Of a stretch of DNA of 64,000 nt, positions 9,727-19,333 are shown in pieces (the first letter of the stretch is position 1; each line of letters begins with the position of its first letter). Position numbers and translations under genes: made by a program. The stretch comes from Aeromonadaceae bacterium (GTDB taxonomy: Bacteria > Pseudomonadota > Gammaproteobacteria > Enterobacterales > Aeromonadaceae). Below the pieces are notes generated by a model that was not told the origin of the DNA, did not search any database, and worked only from the letters and a program-made list of their open reading frames with translations. Where the stretch lies: the NCBI GenBank assembly GCA_021209335.1, contig JAJOIN010000005.1, positions 34 to 64,033 of the forward strand, in the 5' to 3' direction.

Positions 9727-10187
9727 TTACCTTCCGCAACATTTTTTGAACTTGCTACCGCTACCACAAGGGCAGGGGGTATTAGGCTGGCCTGGCGTTG
9801 TGGCAGCAGGTCGCCGTCCGTGTAGACCCAATGCTCGTCCAGCCGGACAAAGCAGGAGCGTTCGTGGTGGGGATACAGGCTGCCGCCTTGCCGATACCAG
9901 GCGATGAATTCCACCGTGCCTTGGCTGTCTTGAGGTCCACCTTGCTCGCTTAATACCTGCAGGCGCACCCAGTGCCCCTCCTGCTCGGCGCCCAGCGCCT
10001 CGGCGGTCAGATCAGGACGGTAATCGGGGTGCCAGCTGGCCAGGATGTAGTCCCAGTGGCCCAACACGAAGGCACTAAAGCGCGAGCGCATCAGCTCGAC
10101 TGCTCGGGCGGGCCACTGCTGGCCTAAAATAAAGGGGCCGCAGCAGGCGGCAAAGGGGCGTGCAGCCCCGCATGGACAGCTGTTCAT
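9727..10187 (-). CDS. ychJ: YchJ family SEC-C motif protein, frameshifted near the 3' end
   Basis: CPCG...CC, LMRSRFSAF, VEFIAWY, ERSCF and WVYTDG. The C-terminal NTPCPCGSGSKFKKCCGR* lies in a neighbouring frame after about 9785. Confidence 0.85.
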
Positions 10188-10343
10188 CCTGGCCTCCAAA
10201 AAGGGGAGATTATAGGGGCGCGGACGAGCGGTAGAAAGGTTTGTTAAGGCGATCGCCTTAACAGCCTGTGCCCAGCCTATCAGGCATACTGCCACCACTG
10301 AGCGTCAGGAGCGAGACGCTCGCTGTAGATAAGGAAATCGAGT

Positions 10344-12009
10344 ATGACGATAAAACAAAAAATCATGCTGTTGGCCAGCTTGCCCCTGGTGCTGGCCGTC
10401 TGCCTCATCAACCTGACCAGCTACTGGATAGGCCAGCGGGCGTTGCAAGCGGAGCTGCAGCTCATTCGCGGCAACTTGATGGAGGAGCGGCGCGAACAAC
10501 TGACCAAATACATGGCCCTGGCCCATACCGCCATCGCCGCTGAGTATGGGGCCGAGGATACGCCGGCCCAACGTGAGAAGGTGAAGGCGATACTGCGGGG
10601 CCTGCGTTATGACGCCGATGGCTATTTCTTTGTCTATGACTACCAGGGGGTCAGCCAAGTGTTGGGGCCCAAACCCGAGCTCGAAGGCAAGGACTTGTCC
10701 GGGCTCAAGGATGCGGAGGGGCGACCCTTCATCCGGGGCATCATAGCGGCGGCGCGGGAGGGGGATGGTTTTTACTCCTATCTGTGGAGCAAGCCCTCCA
10801 CCGGCCAGAAGTGCTCAAGCTCAGCCTGAGCCAGACGCTGGAGCGCTATGGCAGGGTGCTGGGACCGGCTTTTATATCGATGACATAGAGCAGCAGCTGG
10901 CTGCTACCCGGCAGTTACGGGATGGTGAGCTGCGCCAGCAATTGGTGCGTAGCCTGTTGGTCTCATTGGTATTGCTGGTGCTCACTGTGCTCTTGACCCT
11001 GTGGGTGGCCAACCGGATCACCCGGCCGTTGAGCGGCATTGCCGAAGCGCTCAAGGCGATTGCCTCCGGGGATGGGGATCTGACCCAGCGGCTGTCGGTG
11101 CGCAGCCAGGATGAAGTTGGGCAGGTGGCCCGGGCCTTCAATCATTTTGTCGAGCAAATCCAGGCGCTGGTGCGCGATGTGGGCGGCACAGGGGAGGAGC
11201 TGGCTCAAGTCTCAGAGCAGCTCAGCAGCCTGACGGCACGCTACAACAGCCAGATGCAAGCCCACCGTAAGGAGACGGAGCAGGTAGTCACGGCTGTGAC
11301 TCAGATGAGCAGCACGGCCCAGGAGGTGGCGGGCAGTGCGGCCCAGGCCGCCGAGGCGACTAGCACAGCGGCCCAGGCCTCGGACAGCGCCCGTGCCGTG
11401 GTGGATAACGCCATCGCCAGCATCCATGGCCTGGTGGCAGAGGTGAATGCGGCCTCCGAGGTGATCGGTGACTTGTCCCAGCAGACCGCGAATATCGGCT
11501 CTGTGGTGGAGGTGATCCGCAGCATCGCCGAGCAGACCAACCTGCTGGCACTCAATGCCGCCATTGAGGCGGCGCGGGCCGGTGAGCAAGGCCGCGGTTT
11601 TGCCGTGGTGGCAGATGAGGTGCGCTCCTTGGCGGGGCGCACTCAACAGAGCACTCATGAGATCAATGACATGCTGCAGCGGCTGCAGGCGGGGGTCAGG
11701 GATGCGGTCGAGGCGATGCAGGCAGGCCAGCTGCGTAGTGAACAGACGGTGGCCGAGGCGGCGCGGATCGGCGATGCCTTGTCTGGCATGAGCGAGTCAG
11801 TGGGTACCATCAACGACATGAACCTGCAGATAGCGTCGGCGGCGGAGGAACAAAACGCCGTCTCCGAGGAGATTAATCGCAACCTGGTGGCCATCAGCCA
11901 GATAGTCGATCAGCTCTCATCGGCGGCCGAGTCCACTCAGCAGACCACCCACGCCTTGTCCTTGGCTGGACGTCGCCTGCGGGAGCTGATCGGTCGCTTT
12001 CATTACTAA
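10344..12009 (+). CDS. Methyl-accepting chemotaxis protein with single Cache sensor, frameshifted
   Basis: TM-sCache (RYDADGYFFVYD, YLWSKP, GTGFYIDD)-TM-HAMP-signalling domain ([34 protein letters not shown]). Two missing bases at about 10808 and 10862 restore one frame. Confidence 0.85.
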
Positions 12010-12032
12010 GTTAGGCCGTATCTGTTGGCAAC

Positions 12033-12056
12033 CAAAGGGCTCTGCGGAGCCCTTTG
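12033..12056. terminator. Probable bidirectional terminator
   Basis: CAAAGGGCTC-TGCG-GAGCCCTTTG between convergent genes. Confidence 0.75.
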
Positions 12057-12065
12057 TCATGTCGG

Positions 12066-13307
12066 TTAGCTGGTGAAGTAATAGCAGAAGTGCTTGCCGA
12101 GACTAAAGAAGTCATGCTGTGCCTGGTTTAGCTCTTCGAGCTTGCACAGGCCCATGATCTGCCGTTCATCCTGCTGCAGCGGGATCAGATCCACGCCTTC
12201 GCTGACTCGGCCCTTCTCGTAGGGCAGGACTATGGGTTTAAGCGGCGCACTGGGCTCACTGGCCATCACCAGCGCCAGGGTCTCATCGCTCAGGCGCACC
12301 AGACTGCCGGGCGGGTAGATGCCCAGCACCTTGATCAGCAGCTTGATAAAGTTGCCGTCAAACCAGACGTCGGCTTTCTTGAACAGGCTGGCGACCACCT
12401 GATTGGGTTGACCGGGGCGGGTTGCGGCTCTGGGGTGCAGATGTTCCTCGTAATAATCGGCCACCGAGATCAGGCGTGCCAGTGTGCCTATCTGCTCGCC
12501 CTTGAGCCCATTGGGGTAGCCTGAGCCATCCAGCCGCTCCTGGTGTTGCAGAACCGCCTGGCGGATCTCCGGGCTGAACGCCTTGAGTTGGCTGAGCTGA
12601 TCGAAACCGTACTGCACATGCATGCGCATGAAGTTGATTTCAGACTTGGTCAGTTCCACCCGCTTTCGACTGATCTGCGTCGGGATCTTTAACTCACCGA
12701 TGTCATGGACCAAGGCGGCGAGGCCGGCATTCTCAATCTCCAGCGGTGACCAGCCGGCCTCTCGGGCCATCAGCATGGCAATGTAGGCCGTGTTGAGACT
12801 ATGCAGCAGCAGCACGTCTCCTTGTTGCACGGCGCGCACCAGCTGCAGTCCTATGGGTTCCTCGGTCTGGGTGAGGTGAGCGGCGGCGGTACGGATGAGT
12901 TGGGCGACGGTAGCCAGCCCTTCATCGGGTTTGAGGTTGAGCTGCCCCAGGGACTCGCGTAGCGGACTCAAGGCATTGCTAAATTGCCGATCGGCAAAGC
13001 GCATGGAGCGGCGCAGATCCTGTTGTTGCTGACGGATGGGATCGGCGGGGGCGGCAGAGGCGGGGGCAACGTCTTCACTTGGCGTCGCGCTGACCACCTC
13101 GCCAGTGACAGGCTCGGGAATGTCGCCCGTGCTGCGGTAGGGGTCTATGGTTACCTGAGCCAGGCCTAGATTGCGAATGATCTGCAGCTGCTCCTCGTCC
13201 TTGATGCGAAAGGAGCTAAATAAGAAGGGATGATCTTTCCAGCTGCCTGGCAACTTGACGAAGTGGCCTATGCGCAGGTCGGTTACGGCGATGCTGATAT
13301 CGGGCAT
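12066..13307 (-). CDS. DUF3391 + HD-GYP domain protein
   Basis: N-terminal LRIGHFV..W..HPF; HDIG and ERLDGSGYP; C-terminal GIYPPGSLVRLSD. Confidence 0.85.
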   Translation of the reverse strand: MPDISIAVTDLRIGHFVKLPGSWKDHPFLFSSFRIKDEEQLQIIRNLGLAQVTIDPYRSTGDIPEPVTGEVVSATPSEDVAPASAAPADPIRQQQQDLRRSMRFADRQFSNALSPLRESLGQLNLKPDEGLATVAQLIRTAAAHLTQTEEPIGLQLVRAVQQGDVLLLHSLNTAYIAMLMAREAGWSPLEIENAGLAALVHDIGELKIPTQISRKRVELTKSEINFMRMHVQYGFDQLSQLKAFSPEIRQAVLQHQERLDGSGYPNGLKGEQIGTLARLISVADYYEEHLHPRAATRPGQPNQVVASLFKKADVWFDGNFIKLLIKVLGIYPPGSLVRLSDETLALVMASEPSAPLKPIVLPYEKGRVSEGVDLIPLQQDERQIMGLCKLEELNQAQHDFFSLGKHFCYYFTS

Positions 13308-13358
13308 TCAAACTCTCCTGATCGTTCAGCAAAATTAGCAAACCCTTGGCAGAACAGC

Positions 13359-13389
13359 AAAAAAAAGGTCCGCAACCTGTGCGGACCTT
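13359..13389 (-). terminator. adhE intrinsic terminator
   Basis: GGTCCGCA/TGCGGACC stem followed by T8 on the minus strand. Confidence 0.8.
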
Positions 13390-13410
13390 CTTATTTACTC
13401 AGGCAGAAGC

Positions 13411-16068
13411 TTACTTCTTCTTCTTGCCTTCTTCTTTTTTCTCTTCCTTGGCGTCTACCACAGCGCCTTCAACATAAGGACGGCCGTAGTAGGAGTCGAG
13501 CAGAACCTGCTTCAGTTCGCTGATCAGCGGGTAGCGCGGATTGGCGCCGGTGCACTGGTCATCGAAGGCTTCGACGGACAGGGCATCCACCTTGGCCAGG
13601 AACTTCTCTTCCGGTACGCCTGCTTCACGGATGGACATGGGGATGTCCAGTTCCTTCTTCAGGCCGTCCAGCCAGGCCAGCAGCTTCTCGATCTTGGCAG
13701 CGGTACGGTCGCCGGCAGCAGTCAGACCCAGGTGATCAGCGACTTCGGCATAACGACGACGCGCTTGCGGACGGTCGTATTGAGAGAACGCAGTCTGCTT
13801 GGTCGGGTTGTCGTTAGCGTTGTAACGGATCACGTTGCTGATCAGCAGGGCGTTAGCCAGACCGTGCGGAATGTGGAACTCGGCACCCAGCTTGTGGGCC
13901 ATGGAGTGGCACACACCCAGGAAGGCGTTGGCGAACGCGATACCGGCGATGGTAGCGGCGTTGTGAACCTTCTCGCGAGCCACCATGTCAGCCTTGCCGT
14001 TCTTGTAGCTGGAAGGCAGGTATTCCTTCAGCATCTTCAGGGCTTGCAGCGCTTGGCCGTCAGAGTATTCGTTAGCGATAACGGATACATAGGCTTCCAT
14101 GGCGTGAGTCACGGCGTCAACACCACCGAAGGCACACAGGGACTTCGGCATGTTGGCAACCAGGTTGGCGTCAACGATGGCCATGTTCGGGGTCAGCTCG
14201 TAGTCAGCCAGCGGGTACTTGACGCCGGTGGCATCGTCGGTCACTACCGCGAAAGGTGTGACTTCAGAACCGGTACCGGAAGTGGTGGTGATACACACCA
14301 GCTCGGCCTTTTGACCCATCTTGGGGAACTTGTAGATACGCTTACGGATGTCCATGAAGCGCATGGCCAGATCTTCGAAGGCGGTGTTCGGATGCTCGTA
14401 CATCACCCACATGATCTTGGCGGCGTCCATCGGTGAACCACCACCCAGCGCCAGGATGACGTCCGGCTTGAAGGAGTTGGCCATCTCGGCACCCTTGCGG
14501 ACGATGGACAGCGTCGGGTCAGCTTCTACTTCGTAGAACACTTCCACTTCCATGGACATGCCCTTCAGCAGGCGAACCAGCTCATCGGCATAACCGTTGT
14601 TGAACAGGAAGCGGTCAGTGACCACCATGGCGCGCTTCTTGCCTTCCAGATCGCTCAAGGCGATGGGCAGAGAACCACGACGGAAGTAGATAGATTTCGG
14701 AAGTTTGTGCCACAGCATATTTTCAGCCCGTTTAGCGACCATCTTCTTGTTGATCAAGTGCTTCGGACCAACGTTTTCGGAGATGGAGTTACCACCCCAT
14801 GAACCACAACCCAGCGTCAGAGACGGTGCCATGGCGAAGTTGTACAGGTCACCGATACCACCGTGAGTGGTCGGAGTGTTGATCAGGATACGTGCGGTCT
14901 TCATCTTGTCACCGAAGTACTTGACGCGATCGGCGTTCAAGTCTTGGTCGGTGTACAGGCCGGAGGTGTGACCGATACCACCCAGGTTGACCATGTCACA
15001 AGCCATGTCGACGGCTTCTTCGAAGTTCTTGGCGCGGAACATACCCAGGGTCGGAGAGAGCTTCTCGTGAGCGAACTCTTCTTCTTCACAGATCTTCACG
15101 CCTTCACCGATCAGGATCTTGGTGTCAGCAGGAACCTTGACGCCGGCCATGTCGGCGATCTTGGTGGCGGGCTGACCCACGATGGCGGCATTCATGGCGC
15201 CGTTGATCAGGATAACCTTACGAACCTTGTCAGCTTCTTCCTTGGACAGAACATAGCCCTTGTGGGAAGCAAAACGTTCCTTGACCTGGTCGTAGATGGC
15301 ATCAACCACGATGACGGCTTGCTCAGAAGCACAAACCACACCGTTATCAAAGGTCTTGGACATCAGGATAGAGGCAACGGCACGCTTCACATCAGCGGTT
15401 TCGTCGATAACAACAGGAACGTTACCGGCGCCAACACCGATAGCCGGCTTACCAGAAGAGTAAGCAGCCTTCACCATGCCGGGGCCACCGGTGGCCAGGA
15501 TCAGGTTGATGTCGTTGTGCTTCATCAGCGCGTTGGACAGCTCAACAGACGGTTGGTCGATCCAGCCGATGATGTCAGCCGGTGCACCCGCTTCGATGGC
15601 AGCATCCAGTACCAGCTTGGCAGCGGTATTGGTGGAGTTCTTGGCACGGGGGTGCGGGGAGAAGATGATGGCGTTGCGAGTCTTCAGAGCAATCAAAGAC
15701 TTGAAGATGGCGGTGGAGGTGGGGTTGGTGGTCGGAACGATACCACAGATGATACCCACAGGTTCGGCGATGGTGACGGTACCGAACTCATCGTCTTCGC
15801 TCAGAATGCCACAGGTCTTCTCGTCCTTGTACTTGTTGTAGATGTACTCGGAGGCAAAGTGGTTCTTGATAACCTTATCTTCGATGATACCCATGCCTGA
15901 TTCGGCAACGGCCATTTGGGCCAGCGGAATACGGGCATTGTTGGCAGCCAGGGCTGCAGCGCGGAAGATTTTGTCGACTTGCTCTTGAGAGTAAGTAGCA
16001 AACAAACGCTGAGCGGCCTTGACGCGCGCAACCAGTTCATCCAATTCGGCAAGATTTGTAACTGCCAT
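13411..16068 (-). CDS. adhE: Bifunctional acetaldehyde-CoA/alcohol dehydrogenase
   Basis: 885 aa; PTTNPTST, ATGGPGMV, GVVCASEQ, GCGSWGGN, GGGSPMD and GVCHSMAH motifs. Confidence 0.98.
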   Translation of the reverse strand: MAVTNLAELDELVARVKAAQRLFATYSQEQVDKIFRAAALAANNARIPLAQMAVAESGMGIIEDKVIKNHFASEYIYNKYKDEKTCGILSEDDEFGTVTIAEPVGIICGIVPTTNPTSTAIFKSLIALKTRNAIIFSPHPRAKNSTNTAAKLVLDAAIEAGAPADIIGWIDQPSVELSNALMKHNDINLILATGGPGMVKAAYSSGKPAIGVGAGNVPVVIDETADVKRAVASILMSKTFDNGVVCASEQAVIVVDAIYDQVKERFASHKGYVLSKEEADKVRKVILINGAMNAAIVGQPATKIADMAGVKVPADTKILIGEGVKICEEEEFAHEKLSPTLGMFRAKNFEEAVDMACDMVNLGGIGHTSGLYTDQDLNADRVKYFGDKMKTARILINTPTTHGGIGDLYNFAMAPSLTLGCGSWGGNSISENVGPKHLINKKMVAKRAENMLWHKLPKSIYFRRGSLPIALSDLEGKKRAMVVTDRFLFNNGYADELVRLLKGMSMEVEVFYEVEADPTLSIVRKGAEMANSFKPDVILALGGGSPMDAAKIMWVMYEHPNTAFEDLAMRFMDIRKRIYKFPKMGQKAELVCITTTSGTGSEVTPFAVVTDDATGVKYPLADYELTPNMAIVDANLVANMPKSLCAFGGVDAVTHAMEAYVSVIANEYSDGQALQALKMLKEYLPSSYKNGKADMVAREKVHNAATIAGIAFANAFLGVCHSMAHKLGAEFHIPHGLANALLISNVIRYNANDNPTKQTAFSQYDRPQARRRYAEVADHLGLTAAGDRTAAKIEKLLAWLDGLKKELDIPMSIREAGVPEEKFLAKVDALSVEAFDDQCTGANPRYPLISELKQVLLDSYYGRPYVEGAVVDAKEEKKEEGKKKK

Positions 16069-16215
16069 ATCTTTCTCCTACTGAGTTTTGAAAACTGTTT
16101 ACTAAGGTGTTGCAAGAAAACAAGGCGGAGCAATGAAGTCTGGGCAGTATAGTCCAGCCGGTCATGAAGCGCTTTGCTTATGTTCTCTTGGGCTTAGGAA
16201 ACAACTTTCATGGCG

Positions 16216-16257
16216 ATTATAGGAGCTGGCTGCGTGCGGAAAATTGATTTGCGTCAA
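16216..16257 (-). promoter_or_regulatory. FNR-dependent class II promoter of adhE
   Basis: TTGAT-TTGC-GTCAA (16244-16257, 9/10 to the FNR consensus) and a perfect minus-strand TATAAT (16221-16216); the box centre falls at about -41.5. Confidence 0.75.
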
Positions 16258-16672
16258 TTGTTGTAAAATGACAAAAGAAAAATCTTTTCATGTCGGAAAA
16301 GTTGCAATAGTCCTGTGGTTATTGCCGCCGCACCTCGATGGCAACTTGCGGTTTTTGTGTGGTTTTTTCCATAGACCACCGAGGTCATTCCCCCTTTTAA
16401 AGCTGTGGGAAATCTGACGCAATCGGCGGTGCGGCGCCCTGGGCTAAACCGGAGTCAGCGGTTGAGGTAGGATTAGAGGATAATGTGGTGAAGCCGCGTG
16501 CTAGCCCTATGGATGACGCCGCTTGGCCCCAGGGCGATAAGTTAATCTAATTAAGTCCGGCCAGACCATTACTTAATCTCGTTCGCCTCTGACGGGCGTA
16601 TGGCGTATCTTTGTGCGTGGTGCTTTGGCTATTCTGTAGTCAACTTTCTTCAAAATTGAGGTTTTTGGCGTC

Positions 16673-17308
16673 ATGTTGGATGTGTTGCCCGTTTACTTGA
16701 AATTTTTTATCGGTTTGATGGCCATCATCAACCCATTGGGATTGCTGCCGGTCTTTGTCAGTCTGACCAGTCAGCAGACGCCCCAGGAGCGGATGAAGAC
16801 CAATACCACCGCCAACTTGGCGGTGATGGTGATCCTCTGGGTCTCCATGCTATTTGGGCAGATCATCCTGGATATCTTTGGCATCTCCATCGCTTCGTTT
16901 CGCATCGCCGGTGGTGCGCTCATCACCTTGATTGCCTGGTCCATGTTGCAGGGTAAGTTGGGCGAGGTGCGACATAACAAGGAAGAGAAGGGGGAATTTG
17001 AGGCCAAAGAGTCCATCGCCGTGGTTCCGCTGGCGTTGCCGCTGATGGCCGGGCCTGGCGCCATCAGCTCCACCATCGTCTATGCCAGTCAGCATCGTAC
17101 CCCCACAGAGTTGTTGGGTTTGGCCCTGGTGGTGGTGATCTTTGCGCTGTGCTCCTGGGTTATCTTTCGCTCCGCCTCTTTGCTGTTTCGCATCATGGGT
17201 AAGACGGGGGTCAACGTGGTGACCCGTATCATGGGGCTTATCATGATGTCGTTGGGCATCGAAATAATCGTTGCCGGGCTCAAGCATATGTTTCCGGCCC
17301 TCGCTTAA
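16673..17308 (+). CDS. ychE: MarC/YchE family membrane protein
   Basis: IINPLG, FGISIASFRIAGG, VPLALPLMAGPGAIS and TRIMGL motifs; adhE-ychE-opp synteny. Confidence 0.9.
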   Translation: MLDVLPVYLKFFIGLMAIINPLGLLPVFVSLTSQQTPQERMKTNTTANLAVMVILWVSMLFGQIILDIFGISIASFRIAGGALITLIAWSMLQGKLGEVRHNKEEKGEFEAKESIAVVPLALPLMAGPGAISSTIVYASQHRTPTELLGLALVVVIFALCSWVIFRSASLLFRIMGKTGVNVVTRIMGLIMMSLGIEIIVAGLKHMFPALA

Positions 17309-17564
17309 AGGGCGCGGCACTCCGCCGCAGGCACCATGTTGGTTCAATCTGACAGCCAACATGGTGCGCCTGCGCCGCCTTGTTTCATATCTTCTGTAAA
17401 ACTGCGGGTTTCGTTCGTAAATCGCATGCCTGCTGGGTATTTCTCGACAAAATATGTTGAATTCTTACGATGAGAAGGGAATTATTCAGACGTTTGAACG
17501 TTAGGCGGATCAGGTCTGACCTGTCACGATTCAAACCAGGAATCTTCTCATTCGGAGTAAGGAC

Positions 17565-19241
17565 ATGACCCATAATAAAAAAATGCTCGCCGTGACAGTG
17601 GCCTCTGCTTTTGCCCTGTTCGGTTGCGACAAGCCCCAGCCAACCAGTGAAACGGCCGCTGCACCGGCCAAGCAGCAAACCGCTGCCCCGGCGGTGAAGG
17701 GGGACAGCACCCCGACCCTGGCCGCAGTACAGGAGCTGGTGAAGGGCAACGGTTCCGAGCCGGCCACCCTGGACCCGGCCAAGACCGAAGGTGTACCGGA
17801 ATCCAATATTCAACGTGATCTGTTCGAAGGTCTGGTGACCACGGGCCCCAATGGCGAGGTGCGCCCTGGGGTGGCCGAGTCCTGGGAAACGCCGGATAAC
17901 AAGCTCTATACCTTTCATCTGCGCAAGGACGCCAAGTGGTCCAATGGCGATCCTGTGACCGCCGGCGATTTTGTCTATGCCTTCCGCCGCGTGGTGGATC
18001 CGAAGACCGCCTCGCCTTATGCCTGGTATCTGGAAATCCCCACCATCCTCAATGCCACCGACATCATTGCCGGCAAGAAGGCGCCAGAGGAGCTCGGCAT
18101 CAAGGCCATTGATGATCACACCCTGCAGATCAGCCTGGCGCAGCCTGTACCCTACTTTGTCAGCATGCTGGCTCACACCACCACCTATCCTGAGCCGCAG
18201 AAGGTGATAGAGCAGTTTGGCGACCAGTGGACCCGTCCGGGCAACATGGTCACCAACGGCGCCTACACCCTGAAGGAGTGGGTGGTGAATGAGCGTATCG
18301 TGCTGGAGCGCAGCAAGACCTACTGGGATGACGCCCACACCCACATCAACAAGGTCACCTACCTGCCGATCCAGTCCCACAACGCCGACATGAACCGTTA
18401 CCTGGCCGGCGAAGTGCACATGACCTACGAAACCCCCATCGAGCAGTTCAAGCGGCTGCAGAAGGAACATCCGCAGGATGTGCGGGTAACGGGTTACGTG
18501 GGCACCTACTACTACGAGTTCAACACCAAGAAACCGCCGTTTGATGATGTGCGGGTGCGCAAGGCACTCTCCTTTGCCATCGATCGCAACGTGATCGCCG
18601 ACGCCGTGATGGGGCAGGGGCAGAAACCGGCCTATACCCTGGTGCCGGAGTACGTGGATGGTTTTGTGGCCGTGGAGCCGGCGTGGGCCAAGCTGACCCA
18701 GGCTGAGCGTAATGCCCAGGCCAAGGAGCTGCTCAAGGCGGCTGGCTTTGACGAACAGCATCCCTTGAAGTTTGAGCTGCTGTACAACACCAGCGAGAAC
18801 CACAAGAAGGTGGCGGTGGCGGTGGCGGCCATGTGGAAGAAGAACCTGGGGGTGGATGTTGCCCTGGTGAACCAGGAGTGGAAGACCTACCTGGAGACCA
18901 AGTCCTCAGGTCAGTTTGACGTGGCCCGTGCCGGCTGGATTGCCGACTATAACGAAGCCTCTTCCATGCTGGATCTTAAGCAGACCACCCATGGCAACAA
19001 CGACGGCAAGTACTCCAATCCCAAGTACGATGCACTGATGGCGCAAAGTCGCCTGGTCATGGATGCCGAGGCCCGCAACAAGCTGTATGCCGAGGCCGAG
19101 GCACTGCTGGCCGAAGACATGCCCATAGCGCCTGTCTACCAGTATGTGACGGCCCGTCTGGTGAAGCCCTATGTCGGTGGCTACCCCAACAACCCCTTGG
19201 ATAACCTCTACACCAAGGATATGTACATTCTGGCTCATTGA
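17565..19241 (+). CDS. oppA: Oligopeptide ABC transporter substrate-binding lipoprotein
   Basis: GNGSEPATLDP, DLFEGL, KWSNGDPVTAGDF and RAGWIADY motifs; lipobox LFGC. Confidence 0.95.
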   Translation: MTHNKKMLAVTVASAFALFGCDKPQPTSETAAAPAKQQTAAPAVKGDSTPTLAAVQELVKGNGSEPATLDPAKTEGVPESNIQRDLFEGLVTTGPNGEVRPGVAESWETPDNKLYTFHLRKDAKWSNGDPVTAGDFVYAFRRVVDPKTASPYAWYLEIPTILNATDIIAGKKAPEELGIKAIDDHTLQISLAQPVPYFVSMLAHTTTYPEPQKVIEQFGDQWTRPGNMVTNGAYTLKEWVVNERIVLERSKTYWDDAHTHINKVTYLPIQSHNADMNRYLAGEVHMTYETPIEQFKRLQKEHPQDVRVTGYVGTYYYEFNTKKPPFDDVRVRKALSFAIDRNVIADAVMGQGQKPAYTLVPEYVDGFVAVEPAWAKLTQAERNAQAKELLKAAGFDEQHPLKFELLYNTSENHKKVAVAVAAMWKKNLGVDVALVNQEWKTYLETKSSGQFDVARAGWIADYNEASSMLDLKQTTHGNNDGKYSNPKYDALMAQSRLVMDAEARNKLYAEAEALLAEDMPIAPVYQYVTARLVKPYVGGYPNNPLDNLYTKDMYILAH

Positions 19242-19264
19242 GGGTCAGGCATCGCCTGCGCGAT

Positions 19265-19292
19265 CAAGCCCGCCATCCGGCGGGCTTGTTTT
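19265..19292 (+). terminator. oppA-oppB intergenic hairpin (partial terminator or mRNA stabiliser)
   Basis: CAAGCCCGCC-ATCC-GGCGGGCTTG followed by TTTT. Confidence 0.6.
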
Positions 19293-19333
19293 GCCGGCGC
19301 ACTACCGGACGCGCCTTAAACCGGTTGGAACTG

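Noticed and set aside
9705-9730. Possible sigma28 promoter (TAAA...TCCGATAA) upstream of the EAL-CBS-GGDEF gene
   Set aside because: The spacer is 12 bp rather than the canonical 15 bp.
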